A stretch of 63,230 nt of DNA, filler included, from Reticulomyxa filosa (taxonomy: Eukaryota; Protista; Foraminifera): the NCBI GenBank assembly GCA_000512085.1. It is 19 parts of 19 records of this genome, joined end to end, with 100 filler letters (N's around TTAATTAATTAA, not from the genome) between each part and the next. Parts side by side here need not be neighbours in the genome. Positions count along the whole stretch, not along the records: positions 29,494 to 38,786 come from ASPP01027501.1; positions 38,887 to 43,753 come from ASPP01022527.1; positions 43,854 to 49,250 come from ASPP01018707.1; 16 more parts are not named here. One strand, written 5' to 3'. Positions 36,923-49,350 of the stretch are shown here, one piece after another (positions within the stretch are counted from its first letter, which is position 1; each line of letters begins with the position of its first letter). A program made the position numbers and the translations under genes. A model generated the notes under the pieces. It ran no database searches. It had not been told where the DNA came from and saw only the letters and a program-made list of their open reading frames with translations.

Positions 36923-38786
36923 ATGAGCTTATTTAAGAATACTTTTTCAGTTCAGACTCAAAGTCAACTGAAAAGCAGTCTGCAAAAGAAATTTATACAA
37001 AAAGTGCAACAGTCAAGTGCTATGTAGCGCACATTATGCAATAACATTCGGCCTTACAAAAAAGCTGAGGAAAACAATCGAACAAACACATAAACAATTT
37101 TCGAATAGACAATACGACTACATAACACAAGAGATTTGGGCCGAGATATTTCCCGCAAAGTGTACAATATTAACGACGAAATTATCGAATAAAGTGACAC
37201 TGTATCATGTCAACGCCAAGTTCAGACTCTCAAAAAAGAGGACATACACACCGCTTTATCAATTAGATATACGTATGTCATTTTAAAACATGTGTTTTTT
37301 TTTTTAAAAATGAAAAAGACAAGACAAAAAAGAATCAAACATCCCACCGTATTTTATGGATTGGAAAGGCAGCGAACACGAAGAAAAAGAAGAACGGATT
37401 TATCCGACTATTTTTTTGCTATGGAAGATTCCATATTTTTTGCCAACCATTTTTATTTCGGAGGGAGTGTCTGAATATTTATTAAGGTTTCTACTACTCA
37501 TTGCAATATATGTACATACATAGATTTTTTAAAAAATATATATATATATATATATTTACATATTGGATTAATTTTGTTCACACTCTGTTTTTTTAATTTT
37601 TTTAAAAAAAAAAAACAGAGGGGCAGATTTGATGTTGCCCGGAGTGATGTGGTCAGTACACGAGGAGATGAAAAAGTTGTTTGTTGGCGGTAAGTACGAG
37701 CCAGTGGTGAGAACAGGGGAGGACACTCGTTACTTGAAATGGATGAGTGACTTGCATTTGTGCGTCTGCGACTTGGAATGGCTACGACACAGAGTCATTG
37801 TATCGATCCAAGTGGTCGGCAATCCTTTGCCAATGGCAGTTGGCTTCACTTTGATGGATCGTTCCATGATTCTGGTGTCACAAAGGAAGGCCAAGGCCGA
37901 ACAAGAAGAGGTCCACAAAGACTCTTCTTTTTCCCTTGCGCAAGGACGGCTCACTCATGTCTTGCACGGGTATTATGACTATTTATGGCAATCGTATGGT
38001 AGTGTCAAACCTCTTGGTTTTCACGACACTCAAGTCAAATCCATTGGTGCGTGTGTCATACCACTCGATTTGCTCCAACAAAAAGCACAAGTGCAAGAAC
38101 AACAACAACAACAACAACAACAACATGGACAAACACAAAAAGAAGAGAAGGTTGATGAGCAAGATCAAGTGCAAGATCAAGTGCAAGAACAAGACAAAGG
38201 CATAAACAATGAGATAGTAAAAGATAATGAAAAAAAAAACCAAGAAAGTGAAAGCAAAGAAGAAAAAACAGAGTCAATAAAACTGAGTGCGACAAACAGT
38301 TTTGAGTATGCATTTTTGGTGTTATTGCTGCACAAACATTATTCAAATGGCTTGCCTGTGCTCGCGGATGATATCAATCAACAACTGCGATCGAATTTGC
38401 AACTCACGGGCTTTGGAAATGTCACTATAAATAATGATATCAAAAATACCGAGTTTCGCAAACTTGCACGCTTTGTCAAGCATTGCGAAGAGCAGTCTTG
38501 GATTGCCATCGATCAAAAAACATCGCAGTCGTCCATCATCTCTGTCCATTCTGTTTTGTTATTTGCACATATTGTTATTACAAAAAAAAAAATTGATTAA
38601 ATAAAAAAAAAAAAAGGAGGCAATTGGCAAACGTATACTTTCTTTGAAGTACTTCAAGTTCACAGTTCCTTTGATTGAGGCGTTCATTCAATGGTGCAAA
38701 CTCAAATGCCAAAATCAATCCAATCAAAATAGTTTTGTTTATTTTTTTTTTTTGCTTTTTATAAAATACTGTGTCATTTGCATTTT
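36923..38786 (+). CDS. EIF2D: Translation initiation factor eIF2D (ligatin), 3'-truncated
   Basis: MSLFKNTFSVQTQSQLKSS; IYPTIFLLWKIPYFLPTI; LLR|GADLMLPGV; PUA motifs VGNPLPMAVG and VLHGYYDYLW; winged-helix DIKNTEFRKLARFVKH. Several GT-AG introns. Confidence 0.85.
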
Positions 38787-40019
38787 NNNNNNNNNNNNNN
38801 NNNNNNNNNNNNNNNNNNNNNNNNNNNNNNTTAATTAATTAANNNNNNNNNNNNNNNNNNNNNNNNNNNNNNNNNNNNNNNNNNNNACATGTTATATTTT
38901 TGACAACGAATACAATCAAAAAGAAGAGTTTTTAAGTGTATTAGACCAGATGAAAACATTTGCTATATCAAGGTAGAACTTGTAGATGAAGTGCATAACA
39001 TCAAAATAATTTATCGATCTTTGAAATCACAATTTTTTAGCCACATTTATTACAATTCGGTCGAACAAGCTAGAAAAAAAAAAGAAAAGTTACTCATTAG
39101 TTTTGTGCAAGCAACAATTATCAGCCAAACAAGTAAAACACAACAAAATCAGATGTTAATGTTGTTAAAAATGCTCTTATTTTACAAGAGGACAAGTCTA
39201 AATGAAAATAATTCGAAGAAAAGCAATCAATTGAAAATATTGAAAAAGCAAACATGCCAAATCAAAAGGAAAGCAAAATGGATAAACATAACAATCGTTT
39301 GAATGAAAAATTTAGAAAAAATGTTAACGATCAAAAGAAAATAATCGTAGAAAGAGATCGTTCTCTTTCTTTGGCAAAAGAAGTTGAATAGCTTAATATG
39401 GTGCAAACAATTCAGATTACATAACATCAGATATAGAATTATATCAAAGGACAAAGTCAAAAAAACAAAACAATGAAACACCAACAAATATTGTAACATG
39501 ACAAATTTTTTCTATTGTAAGTATTGTAGATTAGTTTTCTTTTTTTTAATTTGCGCCAAAAAAGACAAAAACAAATAACAATTTAGCCGTTTTAAATATT
39601 ATGATATAAACAAAATTTAAAACAGCTAACCTTCGCAATAAATAATGTGATTTTTGCATATATCTCTTTTCCGCTTATTGCTTTAACAGAAAATTTTTTG
39701 ATTTCCTTAAAAAATCATCTTTTAAGGAATTAATATGCAATCTTTTACATCGTTTGCAATGTAATTAATCTAAAGTTGTGTCGTTTTAAATGAGGCTTAG
39801 GATAATATTTATTTCTGCCGAACAGATAGTATAATCGAATATCATCATTCATTACGTTTACACCGTTTTCAGATTTGGACAGAATTGTATTGTCACTTAT
39901 TGCAAATCTATGTTTTCATTTAAACAAATGCGAGTATAAATTATTGACGTACAAGTTTTAGTAGGACAACATGAGCCTCATGTGGATTTAATTTTTTCTT
40001 CAATCGTTACAACATTTAA

Positions 40020-42070
40020 ATGCCAAAAAAAAGAAATTCAAAAAAGAAAAATGTCACAACTGATAGGCCTAGTATAGCAACCACGAGCATACCTTCACGA
40101 GAGCATTTGATACCATTACTGGACACACTCGAATTCTACAACGCAGGACTAAAAGCAGTGAATGGGAAGTACTTGCACAAACAACTGGACGGGGATTTTT
40201 ATGAACGAATTGTATACGACAATGACCCCTGCTTTGAAGAAGACTCAAAACAGAAGGAAGAAAAGACGTCCGCCATAAGTGATCCAGTGGCTGCACTTCT
40301 AACAAATGACGATAAAACGATCACGACGAATGAAGGCGACAAAGCAGAAACAAAAGCAGCTCCGTCTTCAGAGATCGCAGAGGTAGACAAGAGTGCAAAC
40401 ACAAAAAGCGCACCATCAACAAAAGCAAAAAAGGTGTATCGATTCGAGATTGAGTTCCAGCAATTTTCAAAGTCCACAAATGATGTGCCCCACAAATTAT
40501 TAAACAAATCAGGATGTTGGATATTATCAAGAGTAGATATCCATCCTAAAAAAATATTGTATGGTTCCAATTGTCCACTCAAAGATAAATTCCCAACTTC
40601 CAATTGGTTTACTATTGCCAAAGATGACATCAATCCTCCACCCAAAATCGTTTTGTATCCCTTTCTCTCTTTCAAACAAATCGAGTTTGCAAATCAAACA
40701 CCAAATCTTTTCCTTCTGTTTAAAAAATAAGTCATTGACTTTTTTTGTGAATTTTTTTTTTTTTTTTTTGGAGACAATATTTGAACAAAATGGGGGTGAC
40801 AGCGTGTACCCGAAACCAAGTCAAATGTGGACGCGATAGCATCAGAAAAAGAATTAAAAAAGCAAAACAAAAGAGCGAAACAAAAACACAAAAAACAAGA
40901 AACCGATGAACATGACAATGGTGATAATGATAATGATGATGGCCGTGGTGACGGTGATGACGATAGCGAAAAGGACAAAGAAGAGGAGAATGACGACACC
41001 ACTGCTGTTAAAAAAGAGAACAAAGAGCAAAAAAGTTGGTCGAAAAACAAACAAAAAAAAAAGAAGAGGTTGGAAGTCAACCAATCAATGTTCGACCCAG
41101 TCAACATTGGAAAGACCAGCAACGCGCTCTTTTGCAACGTCAGCAAAACAAGTTTGCTTCTGGCACCGCCAAATTTGACCAGCACATGTTCCGTGATCAA
41201 AGCCGTGGGCTGCTTATGGTCGTCACTGGTGGACAAACTGGTGTGCACAGAGCCGCCTTTGACGCTGCAATTAAGCATCATATTCCGATTGGCGGGTGGT
41301 GTCCCAAAGACAGAGAGGCTGAAGATGGGGTCATTCCTGACATTTACCCACTTCAAGTTTTGGAGAAGAGGAAGAGGTGAAGAAGGAAAAGAAATGGGGG
41401 GAGAAGAGAAAAACATAGACACATGATGTCACCTATACAATCAATAATAAAAAAAAAGGAAACCAAAACTACTCACTATTCAGAACGCACTGAAGCTAAT
41501 GTAGTTGACAGCGATGCCACGCTAATCATAAATATTGGCAAATTGGACGGTGAAACACAAGAAACGGTGCAATGCATTTCCAAATACGCCAAAGACTTAA
41601 TGGTTGTGCAACTCAAGCCGGACGTACGGATTGTCGCTGTCGAACCCAATAAAGCTAAATGGATGACAGCTGACAGCTCACAGCCTTCTGAATCTAGTAG
41701 TGCACATGATATTGATACTACTATCACCACAAAGGAAAAGGAAAAGGAAACCTCACAAAAAGAAGAAATAACTTCGTCTCAGGGTGACAAAGAGGAAAAA
41801 CCCGTCGAAAAACACGAAACCAATACAGATACTGTGCAAGAGTTAAAGGAAGACAGAACCAAGAGTGATGAAATGACGACATTTGCTGATGGGAGAACTC
41901 TTCGGGTTGCTGAATGGATTCGGTTGAATAAAATCAAAGTCTTGCACGTGTCTGGTCCTAGTGAGTCCAACCGCTCTAATGCATATGCTAGGAGCTTCGA
42001 ATTCTTAGATGTAACTTTTCAGTATTTTAAGAATGGAATCTTTCCAAAAGATTCACTCTTTGAAATGTAA
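40020..42070 (+). CDS. cpYpsA-type SLOG ('putative molybdenum carrier', PF12694-like) domain protein with an N-terminal unknown module; 4 exons
   Basis: [17 protein letters not shown]...[22 protein letters not shown]|[23 protein letters not shown]...[12 protein letters not shown]. Introns at 40650-40802, 41007-41068 and 41357-41458 give one continuous frame. Confidence 0.85.
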
Positions 42071-42486
42071 TTGATCACTAGAATTGTTTTTTAAACTAGA
42101 ACCTTTTCTTCTCTCTTCTTAACTGCAATCAATCTTTTGCTTTTTTTTTTTTTGAGAAATTACTTTTGATTATTTTTATTGCACAAGAGGAAGAAATCAA
42201 TCAAGAAAAACATCTTGCATTACTGAACTTGAGTCTAAAAAGTGCTCAATTAATCACAAAAAAAGCAATTCACTTACAACAGTTGGAAGTGAGAAAATAT
42301 ACATAAACCTTTTAACTCCGACGCAATTTTGCTATTTAATTTGCTTCAGCTTCTAAATATTCTTTAAAAAAAGTAAACTTCTTAGTTCACAAAATATCAA
42401 ACTCAGCTGGTTGCAGTAAAGGTTAGTTTTTAAACTTTTTTGAATAAAAACTCAAAATTTCCCTTTTGTTTCGCATTTTTTTGAAA

Positions 42487-43753
42487 ATGAAGCGAGCTTT
42501 CAGTGTGATTGAGACAGAGGAAAAAGAAACTTTGACAAAACTCTCAGAAGAATTTCCTTCGAGGAAGCGAATGAAAGTGATTGCTACAAGTGTAGACAGA
42601 AGTGATATATGTGTGAACATAAATCACGACAAAGATGAACAAGTTAAAGTAAATTGTAATATGATGAAATATGAAAAAATAAAAATAAAAATAAAAATGT
42701 GTGAATATAATAGAGAGTATATTTAAGTAAAGAAATTGGAAGTATATTGAAACTACATCAAATTGAAGGAATACGATTTATATTTGATAATTGCATAGAA
42801 AGATATGATGTAAAAGAAGAAATAAAAGATGGTTTGGGTTGTATAATTGCTCATGTAATGGGATTAGGAAAAACATTTACAGCAATAGGATTTATAGAAT
42901 GTTATTTATTTTATAAAATGGGAAAATATGTAATAATAGTATGCCCAGTAAATGTAATAAAAATGTGGGAAAAAGAATGTAATAAATGGATAAATGAATA
43001 TGAAGAAATAAAATTATATTGTATAAATAAAGATAGAAAACATAAGGATATATTAGAATGGAATAAAAAAGGTGGAATATTAATAATTGGATTTGAAAGA
43101 TTAAGATCTATATTATTAAATAAGAATAATATAAATATTTGTACAACAATAATAAATGATTGTGATTTATTAATTGTGGATGAAGGACATCGTTTAAAAA
43201 ATGAAACAAATTTTTTATGGAAAGCAATGAATAAAATAAATACAAAAAGACGTGTAATATTAACAGGAACACCATTACAAAATAATTTAGATGAATATTG
43301 GTCAATGATAAATTTTATTCGACCAAATTATTTAAAATCAAAAAAACAATTTCAAATACAATTTACTATTCCAATTCAAAATGGATATAAATTATTATAT
43401 CCAAAACAAATGCAATTAATACAACAAAAATGTTTTATATTACATAATTTATTAAAATCATTTGTTCATAGAAAAACATATTATAGTCCTGATATTAAAC
43501 AACAATTTCAATTACCTATTAAATATGATTGGACTATACAATTATCTTTAACTCCTTGTCAACAATTTTTATATCAATTTCTTATAAAACAACAAATATA
43601 TAATGAATCTATTTTAGATATTTATCATAAATTAGTAAAAGTATATAATCATCCAGATTTATTTTTATGTACAACAAAAGATTAAAAAATGAATATAATA
43701 ATAAAATTAATAAAGATAATAAAGATGATTGTAATAATAATAATAATAATAAT
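42487..43753 (+). CDS. SNF2-family ATPase, ATRX/RAD54L2-like, N-terminal lobe (partial)
   Basis: LKLHQIEGIRF, GCIIAHVMGLGKT, VDEGHRLKN, RRVILTGTPLQNNLDEYWSM and NHPDL. Intron ~42643-42713. The stop at 43685 is probably an A-run slip. Confidence 0.92.
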
Positions 43754-43941
43754 NNNNNNNNNNNNNNNNNNNNNNNNNNNNNNNNNNNNNNNNNNNNTTA
43801 ATTAATTAANNNNNNNNNNNNNNNNNNNNNNNNNNNNNNNNNNNNNNNNNNNNACACATAACAAACAAACTAAACTAAATTTTTTTTTTTTTTTGGAAAG
43901 TTTTGCAAACAAAAAAATACTTAAAAAAAAAAATTGTTTAA

Positions 43942-45123
43942 CTTTTGTTTTCTCCCAGGAGTATAGTCATGAGCAATGATAGCTTTGGTCGGAGTATAAA
44001 AATCATAGCCATGGGTCCACAATCTTGCACCTCGCCCAAACTCTTCGCCCGTCCATATCTGCAAAAGATTGACATCATATTTGACGATCCATTCGGCATG
44101 ACATTTGCTGAAGGACAATCCTCCAGCCCAAAGCGGCGCCAAAATGGGCTTTTGCAAATTTCGAGCTGCGCTCGCTCGGTCATTGAATGGAAAGTCGTCG
44201 TTAAAGTAAGCGGTGCATAAATGTGGCACCTCGTGGGCGCCCATTACGTTTTGCCCCAAGTTTTCGGGCGACCCGATATACGTAGTCAGCACCGCCAATT
44301 CGTTGTTGCATGCACCCCAATCTTGCAGCATTTGCACGTCCCATGCTTTGCCCGCGAACGAATGCGAATCAATTTGCATGCAAAACTCTTCACCATCATG
44401 CATCAACAATTGCAATCCTCTTGCCAGGTTTGGACCTTTGGCTTCCTCATTTGTTATTCGAATCGTTTTCACATTATTTACGTATGGACAGTCTTCTTCT
44501 TTTTTATCCTTTGCCTCTTTTTTCATCATTGCACAGTACTCTTTTTTTTTTTGCATGCATTTTGTTTCCAAAAAAAATTGATCCGAGTTTGCAAAACGTT
44601 TGCTCGTTTGTATGTCTGGGTTTTAGATAACTCGAATTCATACCTTCAATGCAGTCCTTTGTTTCCTTGTCGTTTTGCTGCACTATTCCTATGTGCACGC
44701 GCTCCGGATTTTTCGCAGTTGTCAATAGTGAATGCAGAGTTCGTCCGCACCGGTCGTCCATTAGCGACGATATCCCTACATAAATGGCTGTGTCTAGAGA
44801 TTTCCAACTATCATCATTTGGGGGTGGGCGCTCTGGACCTGAGAGATCTACATATTGCACTTCGATCCAGGTATTATTTTTTGTATCCAAGGCCACAGGC
44901 TTTTCCATCATTTTTTTCTTGTTTTAGGTTTGATCTCCCTCTCCGCCGTTCTGTTTTTCTCTTCGATCTTTTTGTCAATATGTTACACAAGACAATTTTG
45001 GTCTTACACTTGTATTGCTCTTTTTGTTTTTACTTTAATCACTATTAATACAAATCACCATTTGTTACTGAGAACAAACTTATTAAAATAAATCTTAATG
45101 CTTTTTGGCATATCCCTATCCAT
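43942..45123 (-). CDS. GT60 family alpha-GlcNAc transferase (Gnt1/Gnt2-like, PF11397-like), partial
   Basis: IYVGISSLMDDRCGRTL...AKNPERVHIGIVQQ; AKGPNLAR; MQIDSH; AVLTTY; WAGGLSFS; GEEFGRGARLWTHGYDFYTP. The 5' exon structure is uncertain. Confidence 0.9.
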
Positions 45124-45247
45124 TGAACACTCTTTGCGTATCCAAACTTTTTTGATCAGACACAGTGTAAACGAGACAAAAGCGCTGCTCTTGATTTTAA
45201 ACGGAAAGGTTAAGATAAAAAAACTTAAAAAAAATTGGTGAGAGAAC

Positions 45248-47031
45248 ATGTTGTTGGCAATAATAAGTGGCTTATTTTGGGTAAGCAGTCTCGCCCAAAG
45301 TGGCGATAAGCTGACAAATATGTATTTGTCGTCAAATGGCCTACCAACATATTTGGAATCACCAAATGCAGCCTATGACCCGCAAACGCAACTGATCTGG
45401 ATGTTGGGAGGGTTTGACAAATTTGAAAATGGGAACTACAGCAAGCGAGTGTACAGTTACACTCCTCCGCTGCAAACTACATACACGGAAGCGGGTACGG
45501 AATGGAAACGTTACAGCGACCTAAGTGGAACCCCAGACAACAACGGGATTCACAACAGCGCGCAAAGTTCAGTAAGTACGTCAGGGATGTTGTACATAAG
45601 CAGTGGGAATTACGTCGGGCTGATCCACGCCTATAACACCACGGCGAGACAGTTTATTTACGCATATGCAACGATGCCGGTCAATTTGCAATATAGTACA
45701 TTATGCAAGTCCTCGGACGATCAGTACTTGTACGTGACGGGAGGCAATTCAGGAGTTAAAACATTTTTGATTTACGATTTGACTCTCAAGCAATGGACAA
45801 CCGGGCCGAACATGAATACCAACCACGTGATGGGTATGCCTACCGATCCTTTTCATCTTTTTTTTGTTACACCACACAAGCTATATACACAACATGGCAT
45901 ATAACGGGGGGGGTGGTTACAGGAGCGTGTACAGTAATCGGAAATACACTCTATGTATTTGGTGGTGGAACAAAAGTTATTGAATCTATTGCATTAAATT
46001 TGATCTCCTCGGGCCAAGGTATACGTATACGTATTATATATGTACATATGTATATATGTATATACATATATCAATCTGTATATATACATTAATAATGTAT
46101 ACATATATTTATTTATTTTGTATTTTATATATGTATCAAGCATCATGGACGGTAAGCTCGGCTCAAACGGTGTATGCTGATTACGGACGAAAGGCCATTG
46201 CTTATAACGGTTATGTATATTTGATCGGCGGAAGTGGGAACCCGAATGTCGGTGCTTCTAATGACATTCAAGTGTTCAATGCAAACAACGGGGTTTTGTA
46301 TAATTCGACTGTTGTCTTGCCCAAGTACGTGAGCTTGGGCAGTGGCTTTTTGTGTCAAAGCAATTGGCGAATGTACCACATGGGAGGTGGAGATCAAGAC
46401 GGATATGCAACCAATTATCTTATGTATTCCAACAACTTTCAACGTTTGAACTTTGTTCTTTTTTTTTTTTTTTTTTAAATTAACATTTATATATATATTG
46501 CCAAAGTTTTTTTTTTTTTTTTTTTTTTTTATCAACTTTTTGTTTGTTTGGATGAACAGCGATATCAACACCAAAACCAACCCAAGCAAATCAAGGACCC
46601 ACTGTCTCTACCACTCCATCACCTGCTCGCTCTACCACCGCTGGCTCACCCACGACGAGCCAGTCGAATCAAAACGGCAATAATAACAGTGACAGTGATA
46701 GTAACTCCAGCTCTACCATGCCATGGTGGCCATGGCTGTTGCTTGGGCTCAGCATTCCATTGTGCGCAATTTGCATCCATTTTGGCATTACTCGATACAA
46801 ACAAAAAAAAGAAGTGCAAAACACTTATCACAAGATGTAATTGTTACACACCGTTTTTCTTTTTTTTCAAATATATCCTTCTTCTTCCTCACACTCATTC
46901 CCTCTTTTTCGTCTTACATCGACTGTTCTTCAAACACTATTGTTGCATATTTTTTTAACACATTTTCTTTTTTGTTTATAAACAACAATGAAAGAGGAGG
47001 TGAAAGTGGAAGTGATACAATTGTAATGTAA
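45248..47031 (+). CDS. Kelch-repeat type I membrane protein with signal peptide and S/T/P stalk
   Basis: Signal peptide MLLAIISGLFWVSSLA and repeated GG..Y..W Kelch motifs (IWMLGG, LYVTGG, LYVFGG, VYLIGG, MYHMGG). These are followed by the stalk STPKPTQ...TTPSPARSTT and TM WWPWLLLGLSIPLCAICIHFGI. The gene ends at 46840 or, if spliced, at 47031. Confidence 0.85.
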
Positions 47032-47523
47032 CGCATTTTACCATGTCTTAACTTTTTTTTTTCCATTTGAAAATATCCAATTTTGTGAAATTCTCGATTG
47101 CTTTCTATTATTTACCAAACATTTTTTTCACGGTCTCTTGACAATAAGGAACTCATAAATTTTATTGATGCCACAACACAATAGAGATGTTTTAGACTTA
47201 GTTTCATTTTTGTAAGGCTATACCACTAAACTTTATTTACCAAGTCTGAAACTTAAAAAATGAAATTTTGTATTATATCACTTTAAAAAATTTAACATTT
47301 GTTTGAATAGTTACTATTACTATTTTTAAATAGCACACAACATCCAACAGTGGCTTAGTTCCAGACTTAACTACATCAAAATAAGTTTAGTTTTTCTCAG
47401 TGTAGATGATATCAAGGTTTCATTGAGGGAACCTGCACAAACGCAACTGGACAAACTCTTGTTCAACGCATTATCATGATCACATTTCATGAAGAAAGAA
47501 GATTATAATACACGAATGAGTAA

Positions 47524-48156
47524 TCATTTCAAAAGACAGCAATCGACATTTTCGTAACCTGTGCTTTTCAGTCGTTCTGTGTATACTATTGTATTATGGT
47601 AAATTAAGTTTTTTTTGAGAGCGTCTCTCATTTTTGGACCAGTTTCAACTACTTGCTCTGTTCTCTCTCTTGTTGTTAGGCCCAGAGATAATCCCTTGCC
47701 GTCTACTATCAAAAATCTCTGAGGAGCACTTGAGTGCATGGAGAATATATTTCCTTTGAAAATTACCTTGAGGTCTGATAGTTTTAAGGTGAAGATAGTG
47801 AGAGTGATGATAACTTGGCAATAATAATGACAAGAATCAAGCAGAATTCGGTCATATTTGTTCATTATGACAAATTGAGCAGCTCGATTCAAAAAAATAA
47901 ATAAAGGCTTGCACTCGACAAACGTACAAAATATACACGTATACATAACAAAACAATCGTTCATAAGTGCACCCCTGGCAGCAACATCCTTTAGCACAAA
48001 AAGAAAAAGCTTAATATATTTTTCCAAAGGGTGTAAATATTGGGACTTTGAATCATGGCCGGAGGAGAGATGAATATATTTATACAATATCGCACTCTTG
48101 TATGTCTCTACATACAAAGGAGCATTTATTTCTAGCAAACACAAAGTTCTGTCCAA
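47524..48156 (-). pseudogene. Hypothetical or decayed coding fragment
   Basis: A 210-codon open frame with no recognisable motif and no ATG at its 5' end. Confidence 0.25.
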
Positions 48157-49350
48157 ATTGTAAGCACAACATCAATTTCAATATTTTTTTTTAAAGCGAG
48201 TATTTGATATATGAACTTTTGAAAAATTTCTTTTTGATAGTATTTTATACTGAAAAGTGCTGGTAAGTAAAGCAAGAACGAAGGTTTTTGTTTATTAAAA
48301 ATTGCTTTGTAATATCATAAAAAATTTGAGTGATCGCGTTTAACAACAAGTAGCATTTTCATTTAAAGTATTGTTTCGTAGCAAGCAAGAGAACATAAGG
48401 ACCAGTTTTGCACCATCATATAATAAATAATTATGAAAATAGTGCTCGCAAAAAAATTGTAGTTTTGAAGCGGAAAAGTACTATGTCCTTGCAGTGTACT
48501 TTTATGATGGATTTTTTATAAAATAAAAATTTAGTCAAATTTGCAACAACTTTTACAAATTGAAAAGTGTTTTACATTAGAATCGCAACGAATTTTTGAT
48601 GTTATTTTTAACACTGCAACCAGTTTCCGAGGTTTTTACCCGAGTGGTTGTTTTGCACTGCTAACGTGAACTTTTTTTTAAAAAAAAAAATTAAGAAGGT
48701 CAAAGACAAACGGTGTAACAAAAATTTCTTGCCATAAAAGAGAAAACTACACCTAAATATTCTCTTGTGTGATTGGAATTGATTTGTCAGTGAGTTTCGT
48801 TCTCGTTTTCTGGGAAGGTACCGTTTCTTTCACACACTCTCCATCTAACACATCCCGGCACTCGCTCTCTTTCCGCAGAAAATGACCAGTTTCAATTTGT
48901 ATTGTGGAAAAGCAAATGCTGGCCGCAATCTTAATTTTCATTACATTGACCAACGACAACTAACTGCAAGTATCCCTACATATGAGGTAGCCCAACTAAT
49001 TCCAATCCACTTGCAGATGCTACCGATGATAGTCGTACCAAATTCCAGTGACCCAAAATGTCAAATTATAATATTGAATGACAATAGGTCTGTTAGTAAT
49101 TTTGTGTTGTGTTTTTCCTTGTTTTGCATTCTTTTTTTTTTTTATAATCTTTTTACACGTTTGGCGCAAAGGGCGGGATAAAAGAATTTTTTGGTCATTT
49201 GTGGATAGTGCCATCCAAGAATTTTTTGTTGTTGGTATACTTTTTTTTTTNNNNNNNNNNNNNNNNNNNNNNNNNNNNNNNNNNNNNNNNNNNNTTAATT
49301 AATTAANNNNNNNNNNNNNNNNNNNNNNNNNNNNNNNNNNNNNNNNNNNN

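Noticed and set aside
41007-41068. Frameshift between the 40827 and 41036 ORFs
   Set aside because: A canonical 62-nt phase-0 GT-AG intron resolves it.
29009-42070. PARG-like and SLOG genes as a linked NAD-conflict cluster
   Set aside because: They lie on different contigs separated by linkers, so adjacency is arbitrary.
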